A stretch of 39,040 bases of DNA from Octopus bimaculoides (lineage: Eukaryota): positions 29,835,199-29,874,238 of the forward strand of contig NC_069005.1 of assembly GCF_001194135.2 (NCBI RefSeq), given 5' to 3'. Below, one piece after another: positions 1-10,438 of the stretch. Every line of letters begins with the position of its first letter. Position 1 is the first letter of the stretch. The notes beneath the pieces were generated by a model, which saw only the letters and a list, made by a program, of their open reading frames with translations, made no database searches and was not told the DNA's origin. Position numbers and translations under genes: made by a program.

Positions 1-372
1 GTCTTCTACTTTAGCCTCAGACCAATTAAAGCCTTGTGAGTGGGTTTGATAGACGGAAACTGAAAAGAAGCTTATCACATGCAAGGTTGGCCAAAAGTCA
101 TCTGACAGTAAGTCAAAACCCATTTAATTCGAAGATTAAAACATAAAAATTATTTTATACAAGACTTCGTTAATAAACAGACAAATGTTGAAAAAAAAAA
201 CAGTGATCTTAACTCACAGCATTCAGTTATTAAACATTCCGTAACCTAGCGGTTCGGCAATAGACACCGATAGAATAAGTACTAGGCTTACAAAGAATAA
301 GTCCTGGGGCCGATTTGTTTGACTAAAGGCGATGCTCCAGTATGGACGCAGTAAAATGACTAAAACAAATGA
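1..372 (+). mobile_element. SINE family A fragments (1-76 and 239-372)
   Basis: Match the middle and 3' parts of the 21134 copy. Confidence 0.7.
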
Positions 373-1496
373 ACCAAATGGAAATTTTTTTATGACAGCT
401 GAACTACAAAACGCTCAGCTAATGGCATAAGGGAAATAACTCTAAATAACTTCTTCGCTGGAAACAAGGGAGATAATGCATATTCATATCGTCTTGATTT
501 CGCAGAATTGCTGCTATTTTAATTATTTTCCAAATACTTCCAGATGCAGCCTCGTGGTAAATAAGATATGTATGAGGTGTGGTTATTGTTTGTTGTAAAA
601 ACTATTTTAATTATTGCTATTTTCGTCGTATTTATTCTTGGTTTAGATTTTTCTATGGTCCATACATTAGATTGGATAAATAAAAGGTCAACATCCAGGG
701 ATCTCTTTGACGAAGTTCTTCTCTGTTATTCACGAGACGTGAACAACTACTTGATAGCTGAAGGTGGATACACTTAATAGAACTACATATATGCGTTTGA
801 GAGGGGGAGAGAGAGAGAGGCTCGTGGCTAAGTGGTTAGGGTGTTACATCTATGATCATAAGATTATGATTTTGATTCGTGGATCAGAAAATGTGTTGTG
901 CTCTTGAGCAAAACTTCAATACACATTATTACTCCAGTCCACTTGGCTGACAAAAGTGAGTCATTTTTGGACAGACTGGTGCCCTGTCGAGGGGATTGAG
1001 CAGAACATATAGGAGATGGTATCAAACATTCCTGGACTAGTTCTGTAGTGCGCCAAAAGATGGCAGCACACGGTTACGTGCGGCAGTGAGACTTAGCAGT
1101 GACCTTCGTGAGGCAGTGTACCGAGTGGCATTGCTGTGTTTACTTTGAAAGTTATGAAATTTGTGTTTTTATTATCATGTGTTTGCTGAAGTCTGTGATT
1201 TTGTCATGGACATGAACAAAGTGCTAACGGATGTGTGTACTCTGTAGTATGCGGGTGTAAATTTCATGCGTGTTACATAAGTATTCATTATTGTAAATGA
1301 TCCTGTTATGATGTTGTTGTCTTGTGGTTATTTTGTCTCCCCTTTCTACACTGAATAAATCTCTGTCTCCCACCTCAACCCTAATCTTCTTTCTCCCCCG
1401 TCTTCCTCTTAAGCTTTACCTGCAGCTTTATCAGTTGATTGGTTTATGACTCTTACCCATAAGAAATCTGGTTATACCTCTGCAAACTCTCCTCTG

Positions 1497-2075
1497 ATCA
1501 TTGCTGTCCACGCTGACATGGGTTAGACAGTTTGACCAGGGCTGACAAGCTGGAAGGCTGCACTAGACTCCACTCTCATTTGGCACAGTTTCTATGGCTG
1601 GGTGCCCTTCTTAATGCCAACGATTCCATGAGTGTAAAGGATGCTTTTATGTGCCATCGGCATGGGTGCTACTTGCATGATAACCGGTATCTGCCACAAC
1701 TGTGATTTTGCTCAGCTTGATGGGTCTTCTTCTCAAGCACAACATAAAGCCAAAGGTTTCAGTTATTACCTCTATGAGGCCCAACACTCAAAAGGAACTC
1801 AGCCACCTCACCTCCGTGAGGCCCAACGCTTGAAAGGTGCTTTTTACATGCCACAAGCATGGGTGACAGTTACGTGACACCAGCATCAGCCACAAGCTTG
1901 ATGGTTTTTCTCAAGCACAGCATATCACCAAAGGTCTTGGAGACTAGTCATTGCCTCTTTGAGACCCAAAGTTTGAAGCTCATGCTTCACCACCTGGTTG
2001 GTCTTCCTGGATTTACCTCTACCACAAGTTCCCTCCACAGCTAGAGATCGGCACTTCTTTACACAGCTGTAAGAG
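1497..2075 (-). mobile_element. RTE-clade LINE 3' fragment (same family as 16631-17330)
   Basis: Minus strand reads KCRSLAVEGTCGRGKSRKT...VVKHELQTLGL, and the 3' UTR sequence is shared with the 16.6-kb copy. Confidence 0.75.
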
Positions 2076-4000
2076 GGTCAACACACATTTCATATTTTGG
2101 TATTTTTTTCAAACCAATTTTTTTAATTTTGAACTTTTAATTCATCTGAAGAAAACGGGGGTTTTTTTTTCGTGCTGTAATCTGTTTATTCATCCATAAA
2201 AAAACACATCTGAAACAACTGTAGTGAACTTTAATCCATTTGTGTTCTTTCTTTATATGTGCATGTGTGTGTACATATATATAAGCACGTATACAAGATA
2301 GTGCTGGAACAGTTCTAACTTTAAGGGTATCACAAAAGGCCTGGTTGGAGCCCTGATTTGTTTTACAGGGCTTAGAAAAACTGAAGGACAGCTGCAATAA
2401 GTGTGTGAATTTGAGAGGGGAATATGTTGAATAAAATCATAATTAACTGATCCTCCTGTATTTTCTTTTATCCAAAGCCAGGAACTTTTATACACACACA
2501 CACATACATACGTATAGTGGTTAAGAAGTCTGCTTTGCTACCAAATGTTTTCATGTTCAGTCCTACTTTGCAGCACCTTGGCCAAGTGTCCTACAGAATA
2601 AATACTTTTTTTTTTTTTTTTTATCAAAAATCTCAAACAAATTTTAGTGTTCTTGTCAAGCAGTGGGAAGTGGCAGACAAAGACACGCACACTATGTGTA
2701 GATTGCATTTGAAATGGATAAATATACTTAGAAAATATTGTTTCATNNNNNNNNNNNNNNNNNNNNNNNNNNNNNNNNNNNNNNNNNNNNNNNNNNNNNN
2801 NNNNNNNNNNNNNNNNNNNNNNNNNNNNNNNNNNNNNNNNNNNNNNNNNNNNNNNNNNNNNNNNNNNNNNNNNNNNNNNNNNNNNNNNNNNNNNNNNNNN
2901 NNNNNNNNNNNNNNNNNNNNNNNNNNNNNNNNNNNNNNNNNNNNNNNNNNNNNNNNNNNNNNNNNNNNNNNNNNNNNNNNNNNNNNNNNNNNNNNNNNNN
3001 NNNNNNNNNNNNNNNNNNNNNNNNNNNNNNNNNNNNNNNNNNNNNNNNNNNNNNNNNNNNNNNNNNNNNNNNNNNNNNNNNNNNNNNNNNNNNNNNNNNN
3101 NNNNNNNNNNNNNNNNNNNNNNNNNNNNNNNNNNNNNNNNNNNNNNNNNNNNNNNNNNNNNNNNNNNNNNNNNNNNNNNNNNNNNNNNNNNNNNNNNNNN
3201 NNNNNNNNNNNNNNNNNNNNNNNNNNNNNNNNNNNNNNNNNNNNNNNNNNNNNNNNNNNNNNNNNNNNNNNNNNNNNNNNNNNNNNNNNNNNNNNNNNNN
3301 NNNNNNNNNNNNNNNNNNNNNNNNNNNNNNNNNNNNNNNNNNNNNNNNNNNNNNNNNNNNNNNNNNNNNNNAAGAAATCTGTGAGTCACTCATCCGCTTG
3401 ATTACCGCTTTGTTAACCTGATAATCAAGTTTCCTTTCTAACGAAAGAACGAGAAAAGGTTAAACAAGCAAACACTGATAGACATAACAATAAGAAATTT
3501 TAAAACATTGGAATTCTTAACTGAAACAGGGAAACTGAAAGAAAAGATGTGTGTGCTCTAGTGCAAACTGTGCGTGCCTTGAATAAACAAGGTGTATGTG
3601 AAACCCGAGAAAAGTTGTAGGTCGAATAACAGAGAGTATATTTTGCTTGAGTAAACAAGGTGAGCGATATGTGTATCCGAGGACCCTCTCTCTCTCTCTC
3701 TCGCTGTATGTATGTAGGTATACACACAGCAGTATCGGCGTCAAGCAGTGTTTAGGCATAAGCGAACTTCAGGTTAGTTAAAATATGTTTGTGACGTATT
3801 TCCTCTTCTAAAGGCAAATTCGAGGAGAAAATAAAATTTCTTAATGGTAAAAAGTGTTGTTTTTTTTAAAGAAAAAAGACCACCTTTTTACCGTAAGAGA
3901 GATTTTTTTTCTCCACAATAACTGCAGTGAAATCTACCTTCTGAAGTTGAAATATGACACAAGCATACTTTAACTAACCTAAGTTCACACACACACACAC

Positions 4001-4032
<32 letters not shown>

Positions 4033-4968
4033 NNNNNNNNNNNNNNNNNNNNNNNNNNNNNNNNNNNNNNNNNNNNNNNNNNNNNNNNNNNNNNNNNNNN
4101 NNNNNNNNNNNNNNNNNNNNNNNNNNNNNNNNNNNNNNNNNNNNNNNNNNNNNNNNNNNNNNNNNNNNNNNNNNNNNNNNNNNNNNNNNNNNNNNNNNNN
4201 NNNNNNNNNNNNNNNNNNNNNNNNNNNNNNNNNNNNNNNNNNNNNNNNNNNNNNNNNNNNNNNNNNNNNNNNNNNNNNNNNNNNNNNNNNNNNNNNNNNN
4301 NNNNNNNNNNNNNNNNNNNNNNNNNNNNNNNNNNNNNNNNNNNNNNNNNNNNNNNNNNNNNNNNNNNNNNNNNNNNNNNNNNNNNNNNNNNNNNNNNNNN
4401 NNNNNNNNNNNNNNNNNNNNNNNNNNNNNNNNNNNNNNNNNNNNNNNNNNNNNNNNNNNNNNNNNNNNNNNNNNNNNNNNNNNNNNNNNNNNNNNNNNNN
4501 NNNNNNNNNNNNNNNNNNNNNNNNNNNNNNNNNNNNNNNNNNNNNNNNNNNNNNNNNNNNNNNNNNNNNNNNNNNNNNNNNNNNNNNNNNNNNNNNNNNN
4601 NNNNNNNNNNNNNNNNNNNNNNNNNNNNNNNNNNNNNNNNNNNNNNNNNNNNNNNNNNNNNNNNNNNNNNNNNNNNNNNNNNNNNNNNNNNNNNNNNNNN
4701 NNNNNNNNNNNNNNNNNNNNNNNNNNNNNNNNNNNNNNNNNNNNNNNNNNNNNNNNNNNNNNNNNNNNNNNNNNNNNNNNNNNNNNNNNNNNNNNNNNNN
4801 NNNNNNNNNNNNNNNNNNNNNNNNNNNNNNNNNNNNNNNNNNNNNNNNNNNNNNNNNNNNNNNNNNNNNNNNNNNNNNNNNNNNNNNNNNNNNNNNNNNN
4901 NNNNNNNNNNNNNNNNNNNNNNNNNNNNNNNNNNNNNNNNNNNNNNNNNNNNNNNNNNNNNNNNNNNN

Positions 4969-5156
4969 ATATGTTTGTCCCCCCAACATCGCTTGACAAC
5001 CGATGCTGGTGTGTTTACGTCCCCGTAACTTAGCGATTCAGCAAAAGAGACCGATAGAATAAGTACTAGGCTTACAAAGAATAAGTCCTGGGGTCGATTT
5101 GCTCGACTAAATGTGGTGCTCCAGCATGGCCGCAGTCAAATGATTGAAACAAGTAA
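4969..5156 (+). mobile_element. SINE family A, 3' half
   Basis: Matches 21335-21520. Confidence 0.8.
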
Positions 5157-6573
5157 ATTCAATGCCCTTTGCCGGCAAATTTTTACCAGATTATACTCAC
5201 CTTTTTTTCTTCTTTATTGCCCACAAGGGGCTAAACATAGAGGGGACAAACAAGGACAGACAAAAGGATTAAGTCGATTACATCGATCGCAGTGCATAAC
5301 TGGTACTTAATTTATCGACCCCGAAAGGAAGAAAGGCGAAGTCGACCTTACAAAACAAATATTCATTGTCACTCTTACGGTCCTAGATTCGACAGAAAGA
5401 GAGAAGAAAAAAAGCGACGGTATTAAAATCGTAGCATTCTTTCGATGTATCGAAGGAATGTCTAAATTGTTTTACAAAAACTAAAATTCCAAATAAATTC
5501 CGAATGCGTGTTTCATACAACGGAAACTACAATTCTGGAATGTTTTACCCCCAAATTAAAATTTCTCTGCACTCTTCTTCCGTACCATTTCCTTTCCTAT
5601 GAGGTAAGACAACTCGAGGGAGCTGCTACTTCCTAATTCCACCCACTTCTTTTTAGACTAGTCTGCTGTCTAAGTAGGTCTACTCTGACCCAGAAAACTC
5701 ATGATCTAAAGCCTTCCAGCCGTGACCATATAATCTGCTCGCTGATTACGTTCAACCTCGAATATATCATTGATTACCGGTTGATAGATATTAATACAAA
5801 ACAATTTAGGACCGTCGCCTCTTTTCTTTCTTTTCGCAGAATATAGACCCGTAAAAGCTAGAAACTCAAATAAAAACACTGCTACTTAATTATCGAACCG
5901 TGGCCATTTGACATGCACTAAATAGCAGCCAAATCTCTTAAAAGCACACCCTTCTATCTTGAAAGAATAAGAGTGGGGACACACAATGAAACCATAGATA
6001 TACAAAAAAGATGAGATGATCACCAGAAAATTCTTCGAACATACGTGTGTTCGATCACATTGTTCATTATAGTAATACCCTAGTACCCCAAATACACAAG
6101 TTAATATACCTAATTTACTTAAAGCCAGTCTCTTTAATTGTACATACGACTGTATATGTTTCAGTTAAAGGGCAATGCAAATCTATTCGTTGTTTTTTTT
6201 GTTTTTTTAACATTGTATGGTTATTCGAATTATACTGAACATGTTTCTATTTGGAATTTATAACCATGTTTCAAATTTCAACATTTCTTGGATTATTGAA
6301 ATTATTAAACCAACATTGTTATTGTATGAAACGAATATTTTGATTTTTAAAATATTATTATTGTTAGAAATATGAGACTGCTATAAAGCAGTTACCCGTA
6401 CGTGATTAATCGACTCTAAATATATAAATGAAACTGAAAAAAAAAAAAAAAACAGGACCTGGCGGGATTTGATCTCACAAATAACAACACTAGACTGGAC
6501 TTTTGAGTTTTACTTTAGATGTATGTACAGTGATGTTAGTTGTAATGATTAAAAATGTAAACACGAGAAATGA

Positions 6574-6576
<3 letters not shown>

Positions 6577-6670
<94 letters not shown>
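6577..6670. repeat. (TA)n(GA)n compound microsatellite
   Basis: Direct inspection. Confidence 0.95.
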
Positions 6671-6761
6671 GCGAAAGTAAAGAATACGTACACCCGGTGT
6701 TTAGGGTTAAGATTTTTGTTACGCCGATAACGGGTGGTGTACGTATTCTTTACCTTCGCCT
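6669..6761. mobile_element. MITE-like element with 26-bp terminal inverted repeats
   Basis: AGGCGAAAGTAAAGAATACGTACACC (6669-6694) pairs with 6736-6761 (1 mismatch); flanked by (GA)n and (TA)n. Confidence 0.6.
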
Positions 6762-6895
6762 ATATATATATATATATAATTACATGTGTATACACACACA
6801 TAATTGCCCTATTCTTGTGAATATAGATATATAAATAGACACACACACACACACACACTCGAAATGTTTTTTGTATTAAAAAATATTATAATAAA

Positions 6896-7936
6896 TTACA
6901 TTTTACGTTTGTATATTTTTTTAGCAAACGTAAGAAATATTTCTTTCGGTAAATGCGAGCATTTCTCGATTTTCTCCAGTAAAAGTTTGTAACTTTCTTC
7001 TTCGTACTTCAAGAAAAGTTCATCAAGCTTGAGTTCCTTGTACAGCGATTTCACACACTGGACCTTGTGGGGACAGTCGAAGCCATAGTTTCGTTCCAAG
7101 ACAGTCTTTTGTTCGTCGGACACCAAGGCCAGGGCTTGCACAACCAACCAGCTACACTTACCGTCTTCGATGTCGGTCCCGATCTTCCCCGTTACGGAAG
7201 GATCTCCAAAACAGTCCAAGTAGTCGTCCTGGATTTGGAAGTATTCCCCCATCTGTAATAGAATATCCTTCGCTTCGTTGTGGATTTCCTGTTCTTTGAT
7301 GCCAGCCATGTACATGGCCAACCCAACGGGAAGGTAAAAGGAATAAAAAGCAGTTTTGAATTTGACAATTTTCTTATATTTTTCTACACTGAATTTCTCA
7401 AACTCTACTTTGCCACCCGGCGGAACAATGACCAAATCAAGCATTTGACCCATAACGGTCTTCGAGGTTATCGAATGAAATAACTCCAACAGTTCGACAT
7501 AATAAGGCTTGTTGCGGAAATATTTCCTCAGTAAAGTATAAATCGACATTTCGAGGAAGAACGAATCGTTGATGGCAATTTTCCCGATGTTTTCCACCCG
7601 GTACCAGCATGGTTTACCTCTACGTGTAACGGAATTGTCCATGATATCGTCTGCAACTAGAAAGAAAGCCTGAAGCCACTCGACGCACCAACCCAAAATC
7701 CGAGCCAGACGGAGATCATCTTCGGAAGCTTGTCCATTCATTAAACCCGTGTAGGCCGCCGGAACTGTTGTACCTCGGTTCTTTTTGCCGAAAGGAACGT
7801 TATACGAACACACTTCTATCACTCTCTCCAGCAGATCGTCACTTTCAAATTGGTTCTTCCATTCTGTGCTAATATCTTCCAAAAGCACAGGGAACAACTC
7901 GTCGAACTTTTCAATATCCGATAGATTCGCAGTCAT
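6896..7936 (-). CDS. FDPS: Farnesyl diphosphate synthase, single coding exon, 346 aa (MTANLSDIEKF...KKIYKRKM)
   Basis: Uninterrupted ORF containing FARM (QAFFLVADDIMDNSVTRRG, aromatic FF at -5/-4 = C15 product type), KT motif (FKTAFYSF), SARM (FQIQDDYLD) and the C-terminal KIYKR tail. The first ATG is at 7936; the ORF-track start at 7972 is a TTG. Confidence 0.96.
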   Translation of the reverse strand: MTANLSDIEKFDELFPVLLEDISTEWKNQFESDDLLERVIEVCSYNVPFGKKNRGTTVPAAYTGLMNGQASEDDLRLARILGWCVEWLQAFFLVADDIMDNSVTRRGKPCWYRVENIGKIAINDSFFLEMSIYTLLRKYFRNKPYYVELLELFHSITSKTVMGQMLDLVIVPPGGKVEFEKFSVEKYKKIVKFKTAFYSFYLPVGLAMYMAGIKEQEIHNEAKDILLQMGEYFQIQDDYLDCFGDPSVTGKIGTDIEDGKCSWLVVQALALVSDEQKTVLERNYGFDCPHKVQCVKSLYKELKLDELFLKYEEESYKLLLEKIEKCSHLPKEIFLTFAKKIYKRKM

Positions 7937-8468
7937 AATTACAGAGTGATTCCCTGTATATTTTAAAATCAAGGTGACACGTGTTGTGACTCCGTGGGAA
8001 AATTCTTCGGTTTTTCGTTTGTTTTTTTTTAATCATATACTTATATATTCATGTGTAAACTGTCGACGAGGATATGTACTTTACATCAGTGTATTTCAAA
8101 ATTAATCAGGTAAATAAATCACACGATACCAGCTTCACGGTGACTGGTGATCATGAAAGTGTAACCAAGTTGGTGAGGTTTGTCAAGCTTTCAAAGGCTT
8201 CTGTTGCTACTTCAGAAGTCACGTGTCCGCTACTTGCGAGATTATCGCCGTCAGCCAACCAGATCTCGTCCGTTGCCAAGGATACTGTACAATAAACTTA
8301 ATGGTGACTGCTGTTCGGTAATGACAGCTCCCCAACTGATAGACCTTATCGTCACTTAACTGTTTTATAGCCAAATGACGACTTCATAATTATTGCTGTT
8401 GTTGTTGTTTAGATCAACGTTTCTCGGAGAAAGAAACAAATATATACAAGCAAACCCACCACACAAGC

Positions 8469-8507
<39 letters not shown>

Positions 8508-8548
8508 AGCTTTCGCCTCAGAAATAAATAAGTGAATATATATATATA

Positions 8549-8755
8549 TTTTTTTACTTGCCTCAGTCATTAGACTGCGGCCATACTGGGGCACCGCTTT
8601 GAAGAAATTTAGTCTAACGAATCGATCCCAGTACTTTTTTTTTTCATTTTAACCTGGTACTAATTCTATCGTTCTCTTTTACTGAACCTCTAAGTTACAG
8701 GATATAAACAAACCAACACCGATTATCAAGCTGTGGTGGAGATAAACACACACAC
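8549..8755 (-). mobile_element. Diverged SINE family A 3' half
   Basis: gtcattagactgcggccatactggggcaccgc and downstream motifs. Confidence 0.65.
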
Positions 8756-8774
8756 ACAAATATATGATAATATA

Positions 8775-8812
<38 letters not shown>

Positions 8813-9157
8813 NNNNNNNNNNNNNNNNNNNNNNNNNNNNNNNNNNNNNNNNNNNNNNNNNNNNNNNNNNNNNNNNNNNNNNNNNNNNNNNNNNNNNNNN
8901 NNNNNNNNNNNNNNNNNNNNNNNNNNNNNNNNNNNNNNNNNNNNNNNNNNNNNNNNNNNNNNNNNNNNNNNNNNNNNNNNNNNNNNNNNNNNNNNNNNNN
9001 NNNNNNNNNNNNNNNNNNNNNNNNNNNNNNNNNNNNNNNNNNNNNNNNNNNNNNNNNNNNNNNNNNNNNNNNNNNNNNNNNNNNNNNNNNNNNNNNNNNN
9101 NNNNNNNNNNNNNNNNNNNNNNTAGAGTAATATGCTTTATTTAAAAGCAGTAGAAAT

Positions 9158-9210
9158 ATAACAAAAGACTGTTACTCTGAGTTTCACGTTCCCGTTCATC
9201 GGACAGTTTT
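9158..9210 (-). ncRNA. Second, inverted hammerhead-like copy
   Basis: Reverse complement reads AAAACTGT-CCGATGA-ACG-GGAA-CGT-GAAACTCAGAGTA-ACAG; stem II is closed by a GNRA loop. Confidence 0.65.
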
Positions 9211-9211
9211 C

Positions 9212-9267
9212 TAACAAAACTGTCCGATGAACGGGATCGTGAAACTCAGAGTAACAGTCTTTTGTTA
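9212..9267 (+). ncRNA. Putative minimal type I hammerhead ribozyme (core variant CCGAUGA)
   Basis: Stem I TAACAAAA-CTGT / ACAG-(TC bulge)-TTTTGTTA; core CCGATGA 9224-9230; stem II ACG-GGAT-CGT; GAAA 9241-9244; stem III ACTC-A-GAGT; GTA cleavage triplet 9251-9253. Confidence 0.7.
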
Positions 9268-9952
9268 TATTTCTGGTGCTTTTAAATAAATATATGTGTG
9301 TGTGTGTAGAGAGAGAGAGGGGGGAGATACATACACAAGTGGATGTGGATGTTGGGAGAGAGAGAAATTTTGACAGCTATATTGAATGTCCGTGGTGGTG
9401 ACAGCGGTGGTGGTGGTGGTGAGTAATGACGTTAAACAGCAAAAAAAAAAAAAAAAATGTAGGTCACAACTCTTAAGCATTGAGCTGTATTATTAGGGTC
9501 AAGGTGAGACAGACATCAAGTAGGCAGATTTCAACCCATGAAAGAGGCAGAAGGTAAGAAAAACGGAAATGGTGGTGGTGGTGGTGGTGGTTGAAAATGC
9601 CAGAGCTCCCGTTCTCACGGAATCATAAAAATGAAAGAAAAAAAAAAAACACTCACCCTACCTCTTTAAAAATATGCACAACATGAATCAGTGGATTCCC
9701 TTCTCCCTTCCTCACCTCCAAGAAAACTGTATGATATTAAGCCCATTAAATCATTAGTGTGTGTAAACTTGATTAACTAAGAGACTGGCGACAAAAGGAG
9801 TGATTGAAAGGAATAAATTGGTCCGTTCTCACTTGAGAAATTATTCATAAAAGTAGCAGCAGACGAATATTGAATGTGCTGGAATTGGAAGAGATGTCTG
9901 GTAAAGTAACCTGGCATACACAGAGAAACAGACGCTCGAATACACATGTATG

Positions 9953-10160
9953 TACTCTTTACTCTCTTTTACTTGTTTCAGTCTTTTGACTGCGGCCATG
10001 CTGGAGCACCGCCTTTAGTCGAGCGAATCGACTCCAGGACTTATTCTATCGGTCTCTTTTGCCGAACCGCTAAGTTACGGGGACGTAAACACACCAGCAT
10101 CGGTTGCCAGGCGATGTTGGGGGGACAAACACAGACACACAAACACACCCATATATATAT
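9953..10160 (-). mobile_element. SINE family A, 3' half, with internal deletion between ACTTATTCT repeats
   Basis: Matches the 17718 copy but lacks the ttggaagcctagtacttattct segment. Confidence 0.8.
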
Positions 10161-10164
10161 ATAT

Positions 10165-10438
10165 CAGCTATTCTGATTATATGTCTGTGCACACGTTTGA
10201 ATGTGGTGTGTGCCAGAGGGTTTGCAAATCCAATGGGGGTCTTAAAAGACATGTTAGGATCCACAATGAGCAGAACTTACTTGCAGGTATTGGTAGTGCA
10301 AATCAGAGGTGCAATCTGTGTGGGTGTTTTTTCAAAACACTGTCTGGTTTAAAAAGCCACATCAGACGCCATGAAAGGGCTAAGGTGTAGGTGCAGGAGG
10401 TGGTCAAACTCTGTTTAAGGAGTAGACAACCACCATAT
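10165..10438 (+). mobile_element. 5'-truncated LINE (RTE-like) 3' end encoding two C2H2 fingers
   Basis: ORF 10181-10390 has two C-x2-C-x12-H-x3-H motifs with GLKRH/GLKSH and no TGEKP linker; stop is followed by a short 3' tail; frame is open back to a SINE junction. Confidence 0.55.

Larger units (their letters stand above)
9136..9290. repeat. 75-bp inverted repeat with 5-nt loop (possible Penelope-like terminal repeat palindrome)
   Basis: Arms 9136-9210 and 9216-9290 are reverse complements with 3 mismatches; loop CTAAC. Confidence 0.95.

Noticed and set aside
2517-4999. Long ORFs in the track (e.g. 294, 283, 341, 334 aa; also 10391-11107, 17882-18619, 37186-37498)
   Set aside because: They are runs of N translated as X.
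6000-6895. Retrogene poly(A) tail or TSD for FPPS
   Set aside because: The T-rich run near 6190-6208 has no correctly placed upstream poly(A) signal and I found no flanking duplication.
7937-7972. N-terminal extension of FPPS (MILKYTGNHSVI)
   Set aside because: Starts at TTG, not ATG; the ATG at 7936 gives a normal-length cytosolic FPPS.
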